Source of the DNA: the human T2T-CHM13v2.0 reference genome, Homo sapiens
Strand: one strand, 5' to 3'
Assembly (NCBI RefSeq): GCF_009914755.1
Contig: NC_060930.1
Length of the DNA stretch: 64,000 bases
Each line of letters begins with the position of its first letter. The first letter of the stretch is position 1. The position numbers and the translations under genes were made by a program. The notes beneath the pieces are model-generated. The model searched no databases and was not told the origin of the DNA. It worked only from the letters and a program-made list of their open reading frames with translations. Shown here piece after piece: positions 33,813 through 56,680 of this stretch.

Positions 33813-34963
33813 CCTATCATTAATTTTAAAAGCTATGGTTTTCAACCTTGGCTACACATTAAAACCAAACCTGTGGAGCCCCTCTAAACCATAGCTACCA
33901 AGAGCTCCAACTCAAGAGATTTTAATTCAGAAACTCTGAACGGGGGACCATGCAACTGTATGTATAAAAAACACCATCGCATCGCAACAAGGTGTTCCCA
34001 TACACTGTGGGATTGATTATAAACTGCCAGGACACAGCATGAGCTCTGGGCTCAAATCCTGGCTCTGCGATTTTCAAGTTTGTGGCTCTTGAGCAAGTTA
34101 CATAATCTTTTGTACCTCCATTTTCTCATCTGTAAAATAAAGATAACTACACATTGTGAGGTAGTTACTGATAGGATAAAAGGAGTTGGTAAATACAAAG
34201 CATTTATGAGCATTCATTAATAGAAGTATTAATATGGTACAATCTTTAAAGAGGGTAATTTTGCAATCTCTACCAAAAGAAAAATGCACATAACTCTTAA
34301 TCCAGTAATTTCCTTGCTAGGTATTTATACTACAGATATATTCCCAAATCTATCCACACACATAAAGGGATGGCCACTACAGCTTCATTCAAAATAGGGA
34401 GGAAAAAATGGAAACCACTAAATACCCATCAGATGGAGACTAGTTAAATACATCCCTGTGACGGAATACTAGAAATCTATTTTTTTAAAAGGAAAAACTC
34501 AACAAACCCCACGCACAGACAAATATAAAAGATTATATCTAGCACATCACAGTCATGGTAAAAACAGAGATAATTCTTAACAAGGAAATAGTGTATTTGC
34601 TGGTACATGCTTAAAGTTTTGTTTCCTGCAACACTTCGAAGCTGTTATTTCTTGGCAAAGTGACAGGAGAGAGAAGCAAGTCTTTTCGTTTTCATACTAT
34701 ATACCTGTTCTGTTTAGAAATTCTCCCGCCACATGCATGTAGTCCTTTTATTTAATGGACGGTTAAATATGTTAAATGGACTGTTTAACTGTACTGTTAA
34801 AAAGTTACTTTTAAATAAGGAACTTTCCAGGGGATTCTGCTGTGCAGGAATGGGTGAGGAACACTGCTCTAAACAAAGGACAATAACAAGAAAATGGCCT
34901 TACTTTTAGTCTTTGGCCTATTATTCCCCTGGGTCACCTAGAATACACTTCTCAGCCCAGTTA

Positions 34964-35254
<291 letters not shown>

Positions 35255-35718
35255 CTACAGTCTAGGTTATAGGGGCCAGAAGGGAAGGATTTCAATCTCC
35301 TTCCTAGGAATCTCTCACTTTGCACGTGAGAATGCGGCAATGGTGTGTTGGCTCCGAGAAACTTAGAGGAAACCCTGGTGGGTCACCTTTTCAGCTCTAA
35401 TCTAAATATTAATAGTATCTCTTTGTCCCACTTTGACCCCTAAGTAACTAGCTTCTCACAAATTTCCTTCATAGATTCTCTCTTCGGCCTCAACCTCAAG
35501 TAATACCCCAACTAGACCTCTGCCTTCTCTTCACTGGTCTCCAAATCCCTTCCTCTAGTTCATAAAATAGTACAATCTTCATTTTTATTTCCTTTCTAAT
35601 GTGCTAAGACTTAATCCTTTATATCGAAAACATTCCTGTAAATAGATGAACACCAAAGACTTAAATAATTCACCCACCATTGCTGAATACTCAGTCCTCT
35701 ATAATCTGGACCCAACTA

Positions 35719-36084
<366 letters not shown>

Positions 36085-36249
36085 TCACCACTCACGGAAG
36101 AATATTTATATACTATAAATCAGGAATTCCAGAGATGACAAAAAAAAAAAAGATTCATTTTAGCCTTTTGTCCTTTGATAGGACTGAAATACTGCTAAGT
36201 ACAGAATATACAATCTTACATATTATAGGTCTCCACAACCACTCCATCA

Positions 36250-36438
<189 letters not shown>

Positions 36439-36536
36439 CTACAGGAGAAATAACCAATGGCAAGCCTAGTGAGATTCAATGGGACTTTGTGGAGCTCCAC
36501 TTTATATACTTTGGCCTATAGAAAATACTTGAAAAG

Positions 36537-36846
<310 letters not shown>

Positions 36847-37448
36847 GAAAATACTTAAAGAAACACACAAACAGGTACATTGTTCCTAACTGCAAAAAAT
36901 TATTTTCTAAGACAAATTACACTATCAGGCCATTATCAGAGTAGGCACAGAGCAGCCTGGATTCCAAAACTTGTTTAGAGGTTTAATCTTTAAGGGAAAA
37001 AAGTATCCCCAGGTTCAAAACATTTTAGGTTTAATAAGAACATGTACTGTGCTTGAACAGTAACCTTTATCATCACACATTCATATATGTAGTTCAATTC
37101 TAAATGTGGATATACATCCTATCTTAAAAAGATAAAAACAAGTTGGAGAACTAAAACAAAGAAAAAATGTTTAAGTAGTAATGCATCACTAACGCCTTCA
37201 GTAATAAATAGACTTACTGGTACACGGGCAAGTTAACACCTATCCTAATATTTGTACTAGGCTCATTTAGCAGCCCAGCAGGTAGCAGGTATTAAAATTG
37301 TTTAATAACAACAGAATTACTAAAGAACAAACAGCAAAAACACCCTTCATTTGTTGATTGAGACAAAAATAGAAAAAGCTAACACCAAACCTCAACCCTT
37401 CCTTCTGATCTAGTACAAAAATAGCCATGCACCAAAACACAACTCTTA

Positions 37449-37655
<207 letters not shown>

Positions 37656-38108
37656 CTAGTACCCCTAGCAGGAGTAAGCCTTTTTAGGCTGCCAAACTAG
37701 ACCAGCCAATTAGAGTTGGTGGGGAGGGGGCAGGTAGCTATTGTGAATTAAACAACTGGTTCTGTCTGTGATCCAAATATGCTGATCATGCCCCACCTCT
37801 GGAATTGACCCACAGAACTTCAGACAGAACTGTGTATGGGGACGAAGTGTAATTAAATGAGAAACTCCCAGGAAAGCCATGAGGCTGTAATCATTGTCAC
37901 CAATAACTCTCATTTTTGGCATATGATGGTTAAGTATTACCAGCTTTATCTGATAGAAAAGAGGTATTGAAGGTATCCTGTCTCCCAGGCAGGTAGAGTG
38001 CTCCACCTATCAGATATAACTCTCTGGAATACGGCAAACTGGAGAAAGGATATTACCAGAAATGGAAGCTGTCAACAGCATTCCATATACTTTAAGGCAG
38101 ACCCTTTA

Positions 38109-38348
<240 letters not shown>

Positions 38349-38589
38349 CTAGAAAAAGGCACACAGAGGGACAGAGTGATCTCCGTCCTGTCTTAAAAAT
38401 GCCACACTCACCTGTCATGGCAAATAAGATGACTTCATAAAATTTTATTATTCAGTAACAAAAAAAGCCAAGTACCTTCTCTAGCTTTTTGTGTTCCTGT
38501 CTGTTTTAGTAACAACCATCGAATGGAAGGGGCAACCCATAGTCTGAATGGACTATGGTTATATTAACATCTAAATTAAGATTCTTACT

Positions 38590-39080
38590 TCCCCTCTAAA
38601 GCTGAATATATGCTTACATTCTGAAGCAGTTTTTCCACTCCTAGGTAATACCCAACAGAAACATTCACCCAAAGCCATGCATTGTAATGCTCATAGCAAC
38701 ATTATGCCTAGTAGTCAAAAATTTTAAAGTGTAAAAATGCCATCAATAGTGTAATGGTTAAACACGGTATATTCACATAAATGAATACTATACAGCAATA
38801 AAAATGTATGAAACACACCTATACACAACATGGATAAATCTCATAAACACAATGTTGAGCATAAAAAGCCCATAAGTATTTAAATAAAAAACAGCTGAAA
38901 GTAATCCATACTGTTAGACATCAGGATAGTGGTTACCCCTAGGTAACATGAGCCCTCAAGAGGGACTTCTGTGTGCTAATATTTCCTCATTTGGAGCTGG
39001 TTACACAGGTGTACTCAGCTTGTAAAAATTCATCAAGCTATACACTTATGTGAGCTTTCCTGTACGTATATTAAAGTTTT
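38590..39080 (+). mobile_element. Old L1 (L1M) 3' fragment
   Basis: L1 3'-end-like phrases (ccactcctaggtaatacccaacagaaa; tggataaatctcataaacacaatgttgagc); ends approximate. Confidence 0.55.
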
Positions 39081-40142
39081 ACTTCCTTCACATTTGAATT
39101 TTCTAAAAACACAGTTGTCACTTATTGAGTGTTTGCTATGTGCCAGGCACTGTGCTATTACTTCACAAAATTATCTCATGTAATTATCACAACAACTTTG
39201 TAAAGAAGGTATTTTCACACGTCATGCCCAAGGAAACCAGGAGACTAGGAGAGATTAAGTAAGTTCCCCCAGGTCACACAGTTAAGTAGCAGAGTCTTGA
39301 CTTGATACAGGTGTTAACTCCAAAGCCCACGCTCTTAAGCATCACCATAGACAACCTCCAGAAGATCTGGTCCAATGTATTTCACTTTTCAAGTAAAGAA
39401 GCTTGGCCACAGTAATCAACAGAAGAGTACTTCCCAAGTACTTCCTGAAGAGGAAATTCTAAAAAAGTGGAGATCTTAAGGTCCGAAGAAGACAACAGAA
39501 TGACTTAGAAAATACAACTGGCATGAATTAAAGAGACACAGGTCCTAGTCCTTAAGGCCATCACTAACTGGGACCGTAAGCAAATTGTTTAACTTCTCTG
39601 ATCTCAGCATTTCATCTGGAGGTAGACTAAATGATGCTAAAGTATGTTTAAGTTATAATTCTAAGATATTCATTCGTTTTTGTTTATGTTTCATTTCTCC
39701 ACCACTGTGAAGACTAATGACGAGGACTGGGTCTTATTTATATCCTTGTCCTCCATAGCGCCTAATAGTGCTTTGAATACAGTAGTTCTCAATTAAAATT
39801 TGATGAGGGGAGGAGAGGAATTGTTTGATAGAATCAGTTCAGACATCAAGTAATCCATATAAATGATCTTTTGTCTCCAGAGGAAAACCTTGCATTGTCC
39901 TCAATCCAGATCAATCTGAACACCAAGAAGAAAGCATTTTCCTATGCCAACCTGCTCCCAAACCCGCAACAAAATATTTGTAAAGATTACATAACAGTCT
40001 AGCATTATTTTTCTACTTTTTAAAAAGCAGATTCTAAAATTATAACGTTGTTAAAACATCTATGTAGATGACTTCTTCTTTTGACTATTCCTTAATTTTC
40101 TAAAATGAACAAGTGTTTTCTTAAAAAAATAATAAGAGTTGT

Positions 40143-40437
40143 GGCTGGGCATGGTGGTTCATGTCTGTAATCTCAATACTTTGGAAGATGGAAGCAGGAG
40201 GATCACTTGAGGCCACGACTTCAAGTCCAGCCTGGGCAACATAGCGAGACCCTGTCTCTAGAAAAAAGTGAAAAAAAAAATTAGCGGACCTGGTGGTGCA
40301 TGCCTATAATCCCAGGTACTCAGGAGGCTAAGGTGAGAAGATTCGTTGAGTCCAGGAGTTTCAGGCTGCAGTGTTCTATAATGGCACCACTGCACTCCAG
40401 CCTGAGAGAGACAGATCCCGTCTCTAAAAAAAAAAAT
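40143..40437 (+). mobile_element. Alu (AluJ-like)
   Basis: Dimer + A tail. Confidence 0.88.
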
Positions 40438-40449
40438 AAGAATTGTGAA

Positions 40450-40618
40450 GCCAGGTGGCGTAGCACATGCCTGCAATCCCAACTACTTGGGAGGATCACT
40501 TGAGCCCCGGAGTTTGCAAATTTAGTGCACCATGACTGCACCTGCAAATACCCACTGCACTCCAACTTAGGCAACATAGGAGAACCTCATCTTTAAAAAT
40601 AAATAAATAAATAAATAA
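40450..40618 (+). mobile_element. FAM-like fossil Alu monomer
   Basis: Monomer keeping the 7SL-derived insert (cacctgcaaatacccactgcactcca ~ cgcctgtgaatagccactgcactcca), (TAAA)n tail. Confidence 0.65.
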
Positions 40619-40736
40619 GAATTGTGGGCTTTTCATATTAAACTCTGGCCTGCAATCAATCTTTCCTTTGGATTAATCCTTATTTTTCACCCTTTACAGA
40701 AAAAAGACTTCAGATATTACACAATTCCTTGCCTTA

Positions 40737-40961
<225 letters not shown>

Positions 40962-41366
40962 CTAGACGATGATACAGGTGGAACCCAAACATATGCAAGC
41001 CTATAATGACTCCAAATACTGTGTTTTTTTGACTAGGTTACGATATTTCAATATTACCTTTTATTCACTTTTTTATTTATATATAGACCACCACCATATC
41101 CATGTAAAATTTTAAGTACCACCAATCCCAACTAATAAATAGGTGGAGTTAGAGGTTGGAATTAGAGATTGCCAGGAACCAAGACTCCTCCAGCTCTCAG
41201 CAGAATTCATCATTCTACTAACACATGTGATTACTCAAGGTCCCCCAATCATTGTACACACTGAGCCCTCCAAGTTTTACCACGTAATTCCAATGCTCCA
41301 CCTCTTTGAAGCCGCAAGCTACCCAGATCTACTTTGCCTCTCCTGCTTTCCCCATCTCCCTGTCTA

Positions 41367-41636
<270 letters not shown>

Positions 41637-42037
41637 TTAGACAGGGCAGAACTCAAAAAAATGGATCCTCAAAACAGCAGACATTCTTAGATCATTAAAA
41701 ACAATGAGAAAATCCAGCTTCTGCTTTCTCCTATAAGTCTCAGTAAAACACCATCCTATAAGACTCAGTAAAATACCAGAACTAAGGACCAACTTCACCT
41801 CAACTTATCAAAGATATAAAAATGATATTCAGCTAAACATTGGAAGGAGGGGCATTTGGGAGGAAAATGCCAACCACCCACTTTTTGAAAAAAAAAAAAA
41901 AATAGGTGCAGGTGAGCTACGAGGGCTTGTAGATCAATCCTGTTTCATACAAGTCCTCTCCTGAGAGGCTGTTCCAATCTGGCCAAGAGGGAAGGGAGCC
42001 ATTCTCACTGACAGCCAGTATATCCCCTTGCCTCTCA

Positions 42038-42172
<135 letters not shown>

Positions 42173-43089
42173 TCACCATAGCCACAAATTTAAAAACAAT
42201 GTTTCTAAACAGAAGTAGTTCTCATAGCCAGATAGCTAAGTCAATCTCTGCAGCAGAGCTGAATCCCCAGTAAGTATGTGCTCATCAATTTCTCCCTTTC
42301 ATTCACTGTTTTTAGATTCGAAATAACACCCTAAGAGGGGACTATAAGAATTATAATGACTTCCTCAAGGTCCATGCTGTTATTCCCATCATCATGGACA
42401 ACTTTTCTGCATGCTGTAATTTCTGTCTTTAGTGGAGAATTAAAATGAGCTCATGAGAAGTCTAAATGGACAGTAAGTGCAAACTTTGTTAAAATGTTAA
42501 GTTAAACCTAGCAATGTGAATGTTAAAGGTAACAACGTGAATAGATGGATATGTTGTTTCACTGTAGTAATCATTTCACCATGTATATCAAAACATGTGC
42601 ACTTCAAATATATACAATAAAAATGTAAATAAAACAGACTCTTAATAGTCACATTAAAATGGCTTTTCATTTAAGAATTATGTAAAAAGTAATATTTTTT
42701 CCAATCATCTCTATAATACGGAAAGGGTTCTCATACCCCGACCTAAAGGAATAGAGAATCTCAGCTATTTGGTCACATCATCAACCCTTCAAGATGGTTT
42801 TTTCAACATTCTATGGCTTTAAGTCTTGGGTTGCACATAAAATCCCCTTGGCCTGCACACAAAACACTTTTTATCTGCATCTTAGTTGGTATTGAAAAAG
42901 AATGCAGCCGAATTATGGAGTCTTTTCCTCCAGGTAAAACGTCAGTCCCTAAAATCTGAGCACTCTGCAACGCGGCTGGTCACTATAGCCCTAGGGCAGC
43001 CCCTCCCCCACAGTCTCCTCAAATCAAGAGAGAGCAGTGAAATGCAAAAGGCCGAGGTGGGCTTTGCCAATCTGCTTGCACTTAATGGG

Positions 43090-43850
<761 letters not shown>

Positions 43851-46764
43851 AGGGTTTTTCAAGCTGCAGAACTTTTGACCCGATGCAACGACCAAATTCA
43901 GAGGATGGTGCTTTATAACGCAGGGAGATGAAAACATAAAAGCAAATCATTTTTAAGATATATCCAAATCAGAACTGCCCTCCAGTGGCATCCTAGTGTA
44001 AAAGTGGATTTTGAGAATCTATAGGATAGAATATAGAACTACAGTACCTTAGGGAAAGATTAGTTAAAAACCCATTTGCTATCTGATACCGTTGCCTGAC
44101 GAACTCCATAAAGACATCGCCGCAGAGAAGGATGAAGTGAAAAAAAAAATCTGTGTTTACCCTGCCCCCTAGAGACTTCATCGTGTGTTATACAAATTTT
44201 GGAAACCGTTACTACTCCATCTTACTTAATAACAGGTAAATTAAAGGCTTTCTGGTCTTATAAAAAGATCACAAGATCCTTTTAAGTAACTTAGCTTACT
44301 GAACGATCAGCTCAAGAGGGGAAAAAGTGTTTCACGTCACTTTGATTAAATATCAATCAGTAACTAACAGCAAATCTGAAACCATAATGACTAAAAGATC
44401 ATCGCACGTCCAAATTTGTATGTTTGTTTTCAGTCCGTCGTGGTTGGCTTTTTCTTATATTTCTAGTTTTATTTTGAGATATAATGTATATACAGTAAAA
44501 TGCACAAATCTTAAGTGTACAGCTCAGTGAATTTTTACCTGTGCTTACACCCATGTAACCACTCTGCACAATAAAGAGCAAGCCCATTGCCCCAGCATGT
44601 GTTTTTAATTTTACTGAACAAGAAGCTGAAATACTGGATTGCCCAACATCAGACATTTGATAATTCTTTATCTGAAATTTCAGCCAACTATTAGCTTATG
44701 TTTTAAAGTCTTCAGGACTCACTATGTACTGATAAATATTCTAAGAATAATCTGCCTAAACAAAATATATAGGCCATCTATTTGTGTGGGTATATGTATT
44801 TCTAGTTATTATTCAGTTTATAGTTACTGTATGTTTTGTGCCATCCTAGTGGGCAGATAAATCGATCCTTAGCCAAAGCAAAAAGGCTGTCATTTGACTG
44901 CTTGCTTTTATGTTTATTAACGGGCAAAAAAAAAAGAAAATTCTAGAATAAAGATACTGTTTGCCGTTATATAGCAAGAGGTAATTACTGATTTATTAAG
45001 ACTTTTTACTCATAACTCTTATTTTATGAACTTATTGGACAGAGTACTGAGATATCCTCTGCTCTGGAAACAATTTGAAATTAACACTAAAAGAACCGGG
45101 AAGCTTAGTTCAAACTAGCAAAGAAGTCGAGTCATTTGTAGTAGAAAGTCCAAAAGAGTGGAAATCTGAAAACCACATCTTTGATTCTCACACTTTTTTC
45201 TGGGCTTGTTTCCTTATATACAGTATAAGATGAAGAAACTGAATTAGAATATCTCTGATAATCTGTCTTACTCTAACATTCCATGAGCTAATGGCAAATT
45301 TGGAAACTATGTAAAGACAATTCTATTTAATGAATTAATCATGCCATGGTCTTTGATAAAGACTTGATTTGTCCCAATATAATCATCTTCAGCTGTGAAG
45401 GACACACCGCTATTTAATTGGTGTTTCTCCCTTCTTTCATTAGGGCATGAAATCTTTAAGCAGAGGAAATGTATTTCCTTTGTTATCCCGACACCTGCAA
45501 ACTGCCCAAAATCAATCAGGTTGTTGCTACAGAAAAATTAGGGGCATTTGTACATATCTCATAAAAAGTCCAGCTGAGCTTAGCCCGTAGTCCTCCTCTA
45601 TCCTGATTCAAAATTAAAAAGCACATATAATCTAATAAAGTAGTGTATCTACAGTTTCCATACTTGGGTCACATTCCTGCTTTCCTCCATTTCAATTTTC
45701 TTTCCACCCTAGACTTTAATGGACTCAAGCCCATCTCCAAGGCTGCCTAAACGCTAGGGGGCTCCCTGGAGAGCAGAGTATACAGGAAGAGAATGGAAAG
45801 AAAACAAGATTGCAAAGAGATTGCAAAATAGATGTAATACTGCCATTTTTCTATGTCCTCAGGGTCCAAAAAATACCCAAAGACACAATACAAATCCATA
45901 ATAAATATTATTACAAGAAATTATATATACCTTTGTTCAAACTAATGAACATTATATGTTGCAAAACATTTCAAATAATACCCTGTAATTAATAACTTGT
46001 TTAGGCACTCAGGAAAGTGCCATAATTCATTAGCAGTCCTTTGACATTTACTCAAAGGCCACCAAAGCTTGGAGGTGAGCAAATCTATGCCTCCAGGTGT
46101 CACAGCAGCTCAAGGAATAATCTGTAGGCACAGGCTTGCCCTAACCTCACAGTTCTGCAGTGTGAAGTCAGAATCTTCAGATGCTGTAGCATCTAGAGTT
46201 TCAAGCACCAAGACAGGCAGATTTGGTTACTCTTTCTGGCTGCTCTGTATATTACCTGCACGACTAGGCAACTTACTTAACCACTCTGTGCCTCAGTTTC
46301 TTCACCTTTCAAATTAGGTTAGTAGTATCTAACTCAAATGTTTAAGTATCCAGTGAAGTCATAACAGATGTAAACTACTGAAAAAAGTGCCTGGTATGTA
46401 GTAAGCATTAAATAAATGTTAACCATTGGTAGTGGTGGTGAATGGTAGTTGGAGAGGAGTCAAGGGATAGGAGAAGGGGAGGAAGCACTGTAGTGCATTC
46501 TGAAACAATTCAGACAACCAAATTCAAACCCCCTTCCCACTTCCACCAAAAAACTTACAATACAACCAACCCAGACACTTCCTTGAGTGGGACCTTTTTC
46601 TGCTGGAAGTCCAATTGGCTAAAAAAAATAACATAGGCAGGGTGTTGTTTGGCTCGGATTCCGACAGTGTTGGAAGCCATCAGATGCATTTACTCCATGC
46701 TCAAAGAACATTATGGAATACTAAATGGACTCCTTTATAAAACTCTTTTAAAAGAGTCTGGTCA

Positions 46765-47178
<414 letters not shown>

Positions 47179-47394
47179 TCAGTGATCATGATTTTCCCAT
47201 TAAATATAACAACACAGTTGGCTTGCCAACAATTAGTGATTCATTGGTATTTGCCAAGGTTAATTTCAGTAATCTGATTTCTTAGTCCGTAAGAAGTCAT
47301 CCCCATTCTTTTTCTTTCTGAGAGATAGGTTCACTATGCTGCCCAGAATGGTCTTAAACTCCTGGCCTCAAGTGATCCTACCACCTTGGCGTGA

Positions 47395-47706
<312 letters not shown>

Positions 47707-48069
47707 AGCCCCCATTCTTAATTGTACAAGTCTTTACTGATGCTCTGAAGAGCTTTGCTTCAATGCTTAGAACCACAGATTTGCAGAAGGAAATGATTAA
47801 ACACAAATTGAGTGAATATGAATATAGCATATGAAATGCTCTGATAATAACTCCATTCTGTAAATCTGTCTAGATTTGTTGTAAGCATGCATTTTTAAAG
47901 ATACAGTCCCTTAATGTAATAAAATGATGTACATTGGCATGGTAGGGGAAAAAAGAAATAAATGTTTTTAAAAATGATGAAGAGCTTTAGCCATACCAAA
48001 CAATCAAATATTAGTTAAGCATCTGTAATCTGTATACCTAATTCTGTCCTGGAACAAAGACTTTTAGAT

Positions 48070-48689
<620 letters not shown>

Positions 48690-48956
48690 TGAAATAGTTT
48701 ATGATTTAGCTTGAAATAATAGTAACCATTCATTGAGCATGTACTATGTGCCAGACACTTTGCTAAGCACTTTATAAACCATAAAATCTCATTTAATTTT
48801 TACCTCACCTTGTGAAGTGGTCATTTTTAATCCTCATTTTACAAGTGAGAATACTAAAGTTTAAAAGATCTCAGAATTCTGTACTAGCAAGAGGCAGGTG
48901 TAGGATTTGAACCCAGATCTTTATTACTATACCAAATAGCATTTAAGAACAAATGA

Positions 48957-49298
<342 letters not shown>

Positions 49299-49811
49299 TT
49301 ACTTCAATATTAAGTGAACAGGTATTTCTTATTTTAAAATATTTTAATTGAGTTAAAAATATGTGATATGGGCATAGTATAAAACATCATATTTATTAAA
49401 AATAACATATAAATTTGCACTGATTGAGGGAAGGCTAATGAGAGGAGGGAGTATTTGATTTGAGGATCAAAAGTGGGCAATATTGCCTCTAGAGAGATGT
49501 GGCAGCAAGGACATTTTAAGTAAAGGCAGACATGGCCAAGCCCTTAGGAGATACTAATGTGACTAGAATGAAGGGTCCACAGGAAAGGTGAGTACAGGGT
49601 ACGACTGAAAGCAGCTGGGTACATTGGGCCTGACTCTAGAGGTCACAGCCAACAGAATAAGTACACAGTGCCTGATTTAGTAGGAAAAAGGGAGCCATTG
49701 ATGGCTTTTGAGCAAAGGAGAGACTATCAAAGTTGTGCTTTAGGAACATTAATCTGGCCAGAGCATGTGTAGAATTAATTATTTCAATCAAATAAAAGGA
49801 AATGAAGCTGG

Positions 49812-50140
<329 letters not shown>

Positions 50141-50267
50141 AATGAGGCCAGGAAAAGTTGTTCAAAAGTGGATCAGAAAGGAAAGGATGAGGGCAAGACA
50201 TTTCAGAGGGAAAACCGACAGATAGAAAAGCTATTTGGATAGAAGCAGGAGTGAGGGAAAAGGAGGG

Positions 50268-50631
50268 TGATATGGTTTGGCTGTGTCCCCACCCCCGAAT
50301 CTCATCTTGAATTGTAACTGGCATAATTCCCACGTGTTGTGGGTGGGACCTGGTGGGAGATAACTGAATTATGGGGGCAGTTTCCCCCATACTGTTCTGG
50401 TGGTAGTGAATAAGTCTCACGAAATCTGATGGCTTTATAAGGGATTTCAGCTTGCGCTTGGTTCTCATTTCTCCCTTGTCTGCTACCATGTAAGATGTGC
50501 CCTTCACCTTCCACCATGATCGTGAGGCTTCCCGGCCAGGTGGAACTGTGAAGCCTTTAAACTTCTTTTTCTTTGTAAATTACCCAGTCTTGGGTATGTC
50601 TTTATCAGCAGTATGAAAACAGGCTAATACA
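50268..50631 (+). mobile_element. THE1 solo LTR (MaLR)
   Basis: tgatatggtttggctgtgtcccc...ggctaataca; 5-bp TSD GAGGG. Confidence 0.88.
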
Positions 50632-50855
50632 GAGGGATAAAAATTATATGTAGGTAGCATAAATTAGACACAGTGCCTCGAGGGCTTACAGAAAGCATAC
50701 AATGTTAAAGATCTTTATTTAGATCTTTAGTTAGAATGAAGAGTTGTTTTATAGTTAACACAAAGGAAAAGAAATTTCAGAGACAGTCAAGTCTCCCAAA
50801 ACATCGGTAGTCAAAGGAAGAATTCAACCTTGACATTTAGTTTCAAAACTTTGGC

Positions 50856-51232
<377 letters not shown>

Positions 51233-52694
51233 TCAATAAGGGAAAGTATACATAAAGTATGCCTTAATCAAGTTTATTCTAAAAACCTAAGCAAAGGAAA
51301 TAAATAAAATTATAAAAGCCTCATGACTGCATCTGGTTAGAAAGGGGGCTGGAGATCCAATGCTCCTTGAAATGAGTTGAATATTTCTTTTAATTGTTTC
51401 CATGTTATTTGCCTGAGAAACTGTAGCTCCTATCCACAGCATTCACACCATCAGTGTGATAGGCTGATAGAAGCCAGGGCTTGGGACAACTGAATCTCAT
51501 TGTATCCTTTACTCACCGAACATTTGACAACACAGGAGCAAAACCTGAAAGATGCTTGTGAGGCACTGTGAGATACAAGCTGCAGAAATGGTTGTATTGA
51601 TCAATCACTTGCCCTTCAGAGAAATATAATAAAATCATCCTTCCTATCCCTCACCTCAAATCATACCCACAGTTCCCTTCCAGCATCTTACTACATTCTT
51701 CCAGGTCAATTTCAGGAATCTTTAGATAAAAAGAAACACAGTCCTTCGTTACTGTTCTTCCAGCCCTCCTGTATTCTGCTGGTTTTAGAGAGTGTAGAAA
51801 AGCTGTTGGAACTCTAATTTTACATTTTATGTACTATAAGGATCAAAACAAAAATATCTGAGAAGCTTAGAGATCTAATGTTCACCTCTTTTGCCCAGCC
51901 TTTCACTGGATTCTTTGATGAGCCTCCAAAAAATATCTCTGATCTGAAACCAAACCCAGATGGAAATTTTTCCTGGCCTCTGTCCATCTGGTCAGCCACC
52001 TGTTTCTCTGTTAATACAGGAAGGGGATATGAGAAAACTGAAGGTGTTGGCTCAGAGCCTGTAGAGGTCTGGGGAAGGTGGCTTTTAAAATAATCATTCT
52101 TTATTCACTGGCATGCTTCAGTGCCACCTTCATTACTTGGAAATGCAAAGTACTCCAACAATATTTATTAAAAAAATAAATGAATGTCAGAGTACATATT
52201 AAAATTTCAGAGCTGGAAGTCACCTTACAGGCCATTTAGTCTAAAGCTCCATTTCATAGTTTAGATAACTGAGGTCCAGAAAAATCGATTACACTCTAAA
52301 ATTAACATATTTAAAATGAAATGTTTTTTAAAGGTAGAGAAATACTCAGGACAGAACAAGACCCTCAAAGAAAAGTAGATTTGAGCAAATCATACTTTTA
52401 AGATTCAAAAATACATTATTGAAAGACTAAATTAATGGACTGGGTGAAAGCAGAGCATACTTATTTGAAAAGAGATAAACTAGGAGATGGAGCTGAGGAA
52501 ATTGCTCATGAGATGGCAGAGTGGGGGAAATGGAGATATAATATGAAAAATAATTTAATATTCTTTGCTTAGGATTTATATTTTATATCCCTATAAATGC
52601 AAAAAACGATGGTAAGCAAATAAATTGGTAAACACAAAGGTAAATCTAAGAAAGTCTTGACTGTAAAAATCAATACTAATAATAATAACTAGAA

Positions 52695-53035
<341 letters not shown>

Positions 53036-54167
53036 CTAGATGTAAATAACTAGGATTGTCTTGCAGTATTTTTTTTTCAATGATGGAAAAGTTCTGTATC
53101 TGCTCTGCCCAATCTGGTAGCCATTAGCCACATGTAACTATTGTACATTTGAAATGTGGCTATGCAACTAAGGAAAATAATTTTTAATTTTATTTAACAC
53201 TGATTAATTTAAATTTAAATAGCCACATATGGCAAGTAGCTATTGTATTAGCACAGCTTTAGACAATAATAACATGGCAAGTGACTAGAGCCAATCAAAG
53301 TTAAAAATCTAAGATCTTTGTATTATTTGGGAGGAGAATGCAGATTTTGAAGGCAGTTGTTTGTGTTAAAAATTTAAGGATAAAGCCTAGAAAAATAAAA
53401 AGAGAATGTATCATTTCTAAAGTAGTAGAGGAAAAGGAAACAAAGAAAACACTATAAATAAACAGAAGATAGTAAGAGAGGTGGAAAAAATTAAAGAAAA
53501 GCATGGTAAGTAGAAAGCACAAGAAATACAATGGAAATAAATAAGCAATGAACTAGTTTATTTTTTGGTAGAATACAGAAGTTTAATGGAGCTACCATAT
53601 GAGAACACTGGGTGAAAATATCAGGTAACAAAAGATATACACAGTATTAGGCCTTTTTATATAAAGTTTCAAAACATACAAACTTACTATTTATTTTGCT
53701 AACACAAAAATATAGCAAAATATAACAATATTCCTGGGATGAATGACACAAACCCACTCATAGAAGAGGGACAAAAGAAGGGCAGGTCTTTGGTTGAGTA
53801 TAAATATTTTATTTAAAAAAAAATACTTGAAGCAAAATGTTAACATATACAAAATCTGGGTAGTGAGTGTGAGTTTCAAACCATTTTCTGTTTGAAACTG
53901 ATAATAGTTTCAAGCTATTATCTTTTATAAATAAAAACTGAAATTCAAAAGGAACACATTAGGCCAAACTATCCAAATACTTTCCTCTTTTCTTTGTGTT
54001 GGATTATTTCTATCTGACTGGTTTAGATCTTAGGAATTAAACTTGGTTTCTTGTTGATTAGGAAAGTTCTGTCCACAAAATAATAATCTAACATTATTAT
54101 TAATGCCCTCCCCACAGCAGAGGACTAAGGAGCTGGATATCCCATTTCCTGTTTCCTTAGAATAGGG

Positions 54168-54912
<745 letters not shown>

Positions 54913-54924
54913 TGGGGTTAGCAA

Positions 54925-56680
<1,756 letters not shown>

